Below are positions 58,352 through 64,000 of a DNA stretch of 64,000 nucleotides, one piece after another; position 1 is the first letter of the stretch; every line of letters begins with the position of its first letter. The stretch is taken from positions 75,593 through 139,592 of the forward strand of contig JBAYLC010000002.1 of the NCBI GenBank assembly GCA_041664245.1, written 5' to 3'. A program made the position numbers and the translations under genes. This DNA is from Minisyncoccota bacterium. GTDB taxonomy: Bacteria > Patescibacteriota > Minisyncoccia > UBA6257 > 2-01-FULL-56-20. The notes under the pieces were generated by a model. That model had not been told where the DNA came from, ran no database searches, and was given only the letters and a program-made list of their open reading frames with translations.

Positions 58352-59428
58352 ATGACGAGCGCTATTTTGGGATCGAATTATATTCTTTCTGAATCCATAA
58401 GGGTTATTGTTTTAATGGTAATTAGTTTCGGAGTGGCGCTTCTGATGACGCCATTTTGGTTCAAATTAATAAAGCAATATCAGTTACACAAGCAAATCAG
58501 GACCTCAAAAGACGCACCGGTTTATAATAGTTATCACCAGAAAAAAGAGGGGACGCCGACAGCCGGCGGGATAATAATTTGGTCAACGGTTTTGATTGTC
58601 GCGATTTTTTTTGGCTTCGTAAATTTATTTTTTGACGGTTTTTGGGGGCATTTTAGTTTTATTGATAGAGCGCAAACATATTTGCCGATCGCAGCGCTTA
58701 TTATTGCCGCGCTCCTCGGACTTTTTGATGACTGGCTGGGAGTTTTGCGAATCGGATCTAACGGCGGCGGAATGAAGATCCGATACAAATTGATTTTTTA
58801 CACGGTGGCGGCGGCGATCGGCGCTTGGTGGTTTTATTTTAAACTAGATATTCACACTATTTATGTTCCGTTTTGGGGGAATTTTGAAATTGGGGTTTGG
58901 TATATTCCGATTTTTATGTTTGTAATTATCGCCAGCGCTTTTTCGGCTAACGAAACCGATGGTTTGGACGGGCTTTTGGGCGGAGTGTCTCTCTTTGCTT
59001 TCGTGGCACTCACGGTGGTGGCGTTTGTTTTGGGACGCTATGATCTGGCGGCTTTAGGAGGAGTGGTGATTGGAAGTCTATTAGCGTTTTTGTGGTTTAA
59101 TATTTTTCCCGCCAAATTTTTTATGGGAGATACCGGATCAATGTCCCTAGGAATTACAATCGGGGTGATTGCGATGCTCACTAATACCGTTTTATTACTG
59201 CCGTTTTTTGCGATTATTTTAGTGATTGAATCACTCTCGGTAATTATTCAGATGATAAGCAAAAAAATCTGGAAGAAGAAAATTTTTCTTTCTTCGCCGA
59301 TTCACCATCATTTTGAAGCTTTGGGCTGGCCGGAGTCGCAAGTGACAATGCGGTTTTGGATTATTTCGGCCTTGGTAAGCGCTTTCGGTTTGGTTATTTT
59401 TTTCTTAGCGAGATTTTTGAACGGATAG
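58352..59428 (+). CDS. mraY: Phospho-N-acetylmuramoyl-pentapeptide transferase
   Basis: KKEGTPTAGG, NETDGLDGL, FMGDTGS, PIHHHFE. Confidence 0.96.
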   Translation: MTSAILGSNYILSESIRVIVLMVISFGVALLMTPFWFKLIKQYQLHKQIRTSKDAPVYNSYHQKKEGTPTAGGIIIWSTVLIVAIFFGFVNLFFDGFWGHFSFIDRAQTYLPIAALIIAALLGLFDDWLGVLRIGSNGGGMKIRYKLIFYTVAAAIGAWWFYFKLDIHTIYVPFWGNFEIGVWYIPIFMFVIIASAFSANETDGLDGLLGGVSLFAFVALTVVAFVLGRYDLAALGGVVIGSLLAFLWFNIFPAKFFMGDTGSMSLGITIGVIAMLTNTVLLLPFFAIILVIESLSVIIQMISKKIWKKKIFLSSPIHHHFEALGWPESQVTMRFWIISALVSAFGLVIFFLARFLNG

Positions 59429-59608
59429 AGTAAATATCCCCTCAACAGGATGCTTCGGGACAAACAAGTGTCTCTCCTTCGCTTCTGCGAAGCTACGGAA
59501 GGTAAACAAGTATTAAATTGATAAACCGACATGAATGATACTCTCCTTTTTGTCAAATTTGGATTGATTTTGCCACCGAGATTTTTTTGTGATATTCTCT
59601 AGGGCAAG

Positions 59609-60829
59609 ATGAAGCAATCGGAGTTGTTTGCGAAAACGGTGAGGACTTTTCCGAAAGATGAGGAAGCGATAAGCGCTAAGTTTTTGATTAGAGCCGGATT
59701 TGTGGATAAATTGATGGCAGGAGTTTACACTCTTTTGCCACTGGGATTGCGGGTAATGAAAAAAGTTGAACAGATAATTCGGGAAGAAATTAATGCGGTG
59801 GGCGGCCAGGAGATTTTTATGCCATCGTTTCAGCCGAAAGAGAATTGGATGAAGACCGGAAGATGGGAGACGATGACAGATTTATATAAAGTTAAAGATT
59901 CCAGCGACCGGGAATTTGCGCTGGGGCCGACCCACGAAGAAGTGGTGGTGCCGCTCATAAAGAGATTCGCTAGCTCTTATAAGGATTTGCCTGTTTATGT
60001 TTATCAATTTCAAAATAAATTTAGGATGGAGCTGCGTTCCAAGGGCGGCTTGCTCCGCGGACGCGAGTTTATGATGAAAGATTTATATTCTTTTCATTTA
60101 ACCGAGGGCGACTTAGATGAATATTACAATAGGGTGAAGGAGGCGTATTTTAAGATTTTTGACCGGATAGGAATCAGAAAAAAGACCTATTTCACTTTTG
60201 CTTCCGGTGGTACTTTCTCTAAGTATTCCCATGAATTTCAAACGGTTACGCCGGCAGGGGAAGATACTATATACGTATGTTCACGATGTAGTTTGGCTAT
60301 AAATAAAGAAATAAAAAACGAGCTAAACAAGTGCGCGGGTTGCGGCGGCGATGATTTTAAAGAAGAAAAGGCAATTGAAGTTGGAAATATTTTTAAATTA
60401 AAGGATAAATACACTCAACCGTTTGATTTTTCGGTGATGGACGACGACGGAAAAAAACGGCCGGTGATGATGGGCTGTTATGGGATCGGATTGGGGAGAA
60501 CGATGGCAACAGTGATCGAGGTTTCAAACGACGAGCGGGGAATGATTTGGCCGGAAGAGATTGCGCCATTTAGAGTCCATATTATCGAACTTGACGGTAA
60601 GAGCGCAAAAAAGATTTGTGCTGACTTTGAGAAGAGAGGGGAGGAAATTTTATACGATGAGAGAGGCGTAAGCCCGGGTGAGAAGTTCGCGGATGCGGAC
60701 TTAATCGGGATTCCTTGGCGAATTGTGGTAAGCAAGAAGGCGGGCTCAAAAGTAGAAGTTAAAAATCGGGCAAAGGCACAGATTAAATTAATGGAACCAA
60801 AACAAGCGATGAAGCTAATATTAAAATAA
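59609..60829 (+). CDS. proS: Proline--tRNA ligase (without editing insert)
   Basis: LGPTHEE, FRMELR, REFMMKDLYS, MGCYGIG. Confidence 0.95.
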   Translation: MKQSELFAKTVRTFPKDEEAISAKFLIRAGFVDKLMAGVYTLLPLGLRVMKKVEQIIREEINAVGGQEIFMPSFQPKENWMKTGRWETMTDLYKVKDSSDREFALGPTHEEVVVPLIKRFASSYKDLPVYVYQFQNKFRMELRSKGGLLRGREFMMKDLYSFHLTEGDLDEYYNRVKEAYFKIFDRIGIRKKTYFTFASGGTFSKYSHEFQTVTPAGEDTIYVCSRCSLAINKEIKNELNKCAGCGGDDFKEEKAIEVGNIFKLKDKYTQPFDFSVMDDDGKKRPVMMGCYGIGLGRTMATVIEVSNDERGMIWPEEIAPFRVHIIELDGKSAKKICADFEKRGEEILYDERGVSPGEKFADADLIGIPWRIVVSKKAGSKVEVKNRAKAQIKLMEPKQAMKLILK

Positions 60830-60831
60830 TT

Positions 60832-61869
60832 ATGTTGGATAGATTTTTCAAAGACATTGGTATCGACTTAGGAACGGCAAATTCTGTGGTTTATTTGCGA
60901 AATAAGGGAATTTTAATTGATGAGCCGACGGTGGTGGCGATTAATAACAAAACGAATCAAATTTTAGCGGTTGGCGACGAGGCCAAAAAAATGCTTGGGA
61001 GAACACCGGCTCATATTAGCGTGATAAGACCCTTAATCGGGGGGGTTATTTCTGATTTTGATATGACGCAAGAATTGATCCGCCAATTTTTAAAAAGGTT
61101 GAGCAGTCGATCGCTCTTTAGTTTTCGGCGCGCGATTTTGGCGATTCCCGACAACTTGACTGAGGTAGAGAGGAAGTCAGTTGAGGACGCGGTTTTAAAT
61201 TCTGGTTGTGCCAAAGTTTACCTAATTGAATCACCGATTGCTGCGGCTTTGGGAGCGAATTTACCCATTCACTTGCCAGCGGCTAGTTTGATTGTGGATA
61301 TTGGCGGGGGAACAACTGATATCGCTGTGATTTCGATGGGAGGAATTGTGGTATCGCGGACATTAAAGGTGGCTGGCGATCGTTTCAATGAAGATATCCA
61401 AAACTTTATTAGGGAGGAATTTAAATTGGCAGTGGGCGAACCGACTGCGGAGTTTGCGAAAATTGCAGTTGGTTCGGTTTTGCCAGGCCACGAGAAACTA
61501 GAAATAATTGTCAGGGGACGGGATTTTCGGAGCGGTTTACCAGGAGAGGTTTTAATTAAGGATAGCCATGTCCGTTTGGCGATATCAAGATCGGTTGATA
61601 CCATAATCGAAGCTATAAAAGAAGTGATTGAGGAAACACCGCCTGAGTTAGTGGGGGATATGATAAAGCAGGGAATTTATCTTTGTGGCGGCGGAGCGAT
61701 GTTACGGGGTTTGAGTCAGCTTGTTGCCAAGGAGACAGCAGTGGAGACTAGAATTGTTGAAAATCCGCTAAGTTGTGTGGCAAGGGGGTTGGGTCAAATT
61801 GTCGACGGTTTTCATTACAATCAAAAATTCTTAGACAATCCCCTAAAGCCAATTACAATTAACTTGTAA
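60832..61869 (+). CDS. mreB: Rod shape-determining protein MreB
   Basis: GIDLGTAN, VDIGGGTT, GGGA. Confidence 0.95.
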   Translation: MLDRFFKDIGIDLGTANSVVYLRNKGILIDEPTVVAINNKTNQILAVGDEAKKMLGRTPAHISVIRPLIGGVISDFDMTQELIRQFLKRLSSRSLFSFRRAILAIPDNLTEVERKSVEDAVLNSGCAKVYLIESPIAAALGANLPIHLPAASLIVDIGGGTTDIAVISMGGIVVSRTLKVAGDRFNEDIQNFIREEFKLAVGEPTAEFAKIAVGSVLPGHEKLEIIVRGRDFRSGLPGEVLIKDSHVRLAISRSVDTIIEAIKEVIEETPPELVGDMIKQGIYLCGGGAMLRGLSQLVAKETAVETRIVENPLSCVARGLGQIVDGFHYNQKFLDNPLKPITINL

Positions 61870-61887
61870 TTTTGTTAAAGTGTTTTT

Positions 61888-62589
61888 ATGAATAAGAGGA
61901 GATGGTTGTTACTGTCACTAATTATTATCCTGATTTTTCTTGTTTTTTTAAAACCTGATTTGGGGTGGAAAATTCGAGGTTTTATTAATAGAGGATTAGA
62001 AGGGGATGTTGAGGGAATGAATCGTCTGGCGGCGGAAAACGAAAATTTAAAGGTACAGTTGGTATTGCTTGATCAGGTTAAAGAGCAAATTCCGGAATCT
62101 TCGTCCGGATATATTTCGGCTTTTGTCTTCACCTACTACCCTTTTAGTTTGAAAGATAAATTTTTGATAGACGTTGGAACAAATCAGCAAATAAAAATTG
62201 GCCAACCGGTTGTTCTGCCCATTAATAAAAAGCTTGATTCAAAAAATGCCGAGGGTATTTTAATTGGGAGAATTTCTACGGTGTTTGATAATTCGGCACT
62301 GGTGCAGACGATTTTTGATAAAGATTGGAATTTGAAAGTTAAGATAGGAAAGAAAGGCGAGCCCTCGCTTCTAAAAGGAGGTTCAACGCCCAAACTAACA
62401 GTCATAAATAAGGAGGCAAAAATTGCTGATGGCGATGTGGTTTACAATGCCGATCCAAACTTTCCATTTTTTTATGCATTAGGAGAGGCAGCTGATCCCA
62501 AATTTTCGTCCGATCAAGTTTTTAAGGAAGCCGACCTCAGTTTTGCTTACGACTTAAGTAGAATAACAATTGTTTATGTTCTTAAATGA
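61888..62589 (+). CDS. mreC: Rod shape-determining protein MreC
   Basis: TM helix, coiled coil LAAENENLK, LIGRI; position after mreB. Confidence 0.85.
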   Translation: MNKRRWLLLSLIIILIFLVFLKPDLGWKIRGFINRGLEGDVEGMNRLAAENENLKVQLVLLDQVKEQIPESSSGYISAFVFTYYPFSLKDKFLIDVGTNQQIKIGQPVVLPINKKLDSKNAEGILIGRISTVFDNSALVQTIFDKDWNLKVKIGKKGEPSLLKGGSTPKLTVINKEAKIADGDVVYNADPNFPFFYALGEAADPKFSSDQVFKEADLSFAYDLSRITIVYVLK

Positions 62590-63047
62590 GAAAAATTTTT
62601 TGGTTTGAAAAAAACTTTTTTTTGGGATTGCTGGGTTTTTTTGCGGCGCTGATTTTACAGATTAAGTTTAATCCGCTCTTTGGATTAAAAATTAATTTTG
62701 TCTTGATGGCTCTGGTAGTTTTGGCGTTATTCCTCGATTTTTTTGAAGTAATTTTTTTGGAACTTTTTGGGGTTTTTGTTTTGAATTGGCAGCCAAATTT
62801 AAGTACCGAGACAATCATATTTTTCTTGTTGCCGGCTGCTATTTCCCTGATTAAAAAATTTTTACCGGGACAAATTTGGTTTAATGGGTTGTTGTTAATT
62901 ATTCTTGGGGTTTTAGGGTTTTATTATTTTTCTTCTCTCGGTTCTTTTTTGAAAAATTGGCCGGAAGCTTTCGGAGGAATTATCGCTACGATTGGTTTTG
63001 GTTTTATGATTTTTTTCTCTTTTTATTCGATTCAGGATTATAATTAA
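62586..63047 (+). CDS. mreD: MreD-like membrane protein
   Basis: Fully hydrophobic; located between mreC and mrdA. Confidence 0.65.
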   Translation: MRKIFWFEKNFFLGLLGFFAALILQIKFNPLFGLKINFVLMALVVLALFLDFFEVIFLELFGVFVLNWQPNLSTETIIFFLLPAAISLIKKFLPGQIWFNGLLLIILGVLGFYYFSSLGSFLKNWPEAFGGIIATIGFGFMIFFSFYSIQDYN

Positions 63048-63050
63048 CAA

Positions 63051-64000
63051 ATGTTTTTAAGGCGAAAACGAGAGGATATTGATTTTGAGGAAGTATTGGG
63101 AGATGAGTGGGCGTGTGATTTAGGAGTGGCCGAAGCGCCGCTTGAACGCCGTTCTATCCCAATCTTCGGAACGATTATTATCGTCTTGGGATTGATAATA
63201 ATCGGGCGGGTTATTTTTTTGGGTTTGGCCGACCACGATTTTTACTCGGCTCGAGCGGCGGCTAATCTTTCCCAAATTAATAAAACAACGGCGCCGCGAG
63301 GGGTGATGGAGGATACAAATGGAAAAATTTTAGCTGATAATAAGCCGATATTTTTTGCCACCCTTAACGTTAGAGATTTTCTAAAGGATGAAAATAAACG
63401 ACAATTGGCGTTTAAGTTAGCTTGGGAGGTTCTGGGGGTGGACAGCGGCGATTTGCTGGATTTGGTTAATAATAACAATCAGGGTCCGGCTTATGATTCT
63501 ATAATAGTTAGTTCAGAATTAAGCTTGGATCAGGTTATAAAAATTCAAGCAGCTAATTCTTCTGCACTTTTAGTTGTAAACGGTTTCGAACGTCAGTATT
63601 CCGAAGGACCGATTTTTTCTTCAATATTGGGATATACCGGAGTGGTTGATAGTAGTGATTTAAAAAGATATCCAGAATTAACAGGCAGGGATTTTGCCGG
63701 GAAAGTCGGATTAGAGGCGTTTTATGAAAGATACCTGCGGGGTCAAGCGGGGGTGACAGTGAAAATACGAGATGCGCTGGGTAATATCAAAGAGGAGAGG
63801 GACCAAAGCAAGCCGATAATTGGCCAGACTATTCACTTAACTATCGATGCTGATTTTCAAAAGTATTTCTATAAACGACTACAACAAGGACTTTCATCGC
63901 TTAATCGGAATATAGGAGTGGGGCTGGCGCTTAATCCACAAACAGGAGAAGTTTTAGCACTTATTAACCTTCCTAGTTACGATAACAATATTTTCGGTCA
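63051..64000 (+). CDS. mrdA: Penicillin-binding protein 2, 3'-truncated
   Basis: Manual translation: TM helix, APRGVMEDTNG, GKVGLE, LTIDADFQ, NPQTGEVLALINLPSYD; open to the window end. Confidence 0.9.
   Translation, partial: MFLRRKREDIDFEEVLGDEWACDLGVAEAPLERRSIPIFGTIIIVLGLIIIGRVIFLGLADHDFYSARAAANLSQINKTTAPRGVMEDTNGKILADNKPIFFATLNVRDFLKDENKRQLAFKLAWEVLGVDSGDLLDLVNNNNQGPAYDSIIVSSELSLDQVIKIQAANSSALLVVNGFERQYSEGPIFSSILGYTGVVDSSDLKRYPELTGRDFAGKVGLEAFYERYLRGQAGVTVKIRDALGNIKEERDQSKPIIGQTIHLTIDADFQKYFYKRLQQGLSSLNRNIGVGLALNPQTGEVLALINLPSYDNNIFG

Noticed and set aside
2094-63478. Numerous 60-170 aa antisense or overlapping ORFs in the track
   Set aside because: They lie within well-supported genes on other frames and show no motifs or RBS.
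1-64000. Genetic code 25 (UGA=Gly)
   Set aside because: Conserved genes are intact under code 11, some end in TGA, and RF2 with its UGA shift site is present.

Overview
Chromosomal segment of a Patescibacteria (CPR, Parcubacteria-like) genome using genetic code 11. The taxon is inferred from the gene set (short proS, dnaX and metK, a CxxC-x17-CxxC protein, many pilins, scpAB) and from mostly SD-less core genes. Left to right: two tandem type IV pilin-FN3 fusion adhesins (the first is giant and 5'-truncated), tRNA-Thr, frameshifted prfB, ftsEX and obgE; an AbrB/ABC exporter unit and an ECF sigma/anti-sigma/MacAB-like operon; a sphingomyelin-synthase-like/DedA/2xGT2 lipid operon and an FMN-bind/ApbE/RnfD-FNR flavinylation operon; a DEAD-box helicase, typA and SAM-I riboswitch-metK; a mostly minus-strand accessory region (about 30.7-44.4 kb) ending at tRNA-Gln; a type IV pilus cluster; then dnaX, cell-wall enzymes, scpAB, mraY, proS, mreBCD and mrdA (3'-truncated). 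Most notable: (1) a shared ECF-type promoter linking the anti-sigma/MacAB operon to the flavinylation operon; (2) a 16-bp motif at successive gene boundaries next to tRNA-Gln, suggesting a cassette-like array that carries a HEPN gene; (3) a possible lipid-headgroup remodelling operon; (4) two promoter-driven orphan structured RNAs and a triplicated 55-bp promoter module; (5) modular giant pilins. All domain calls are by motif recognition, without database searches.
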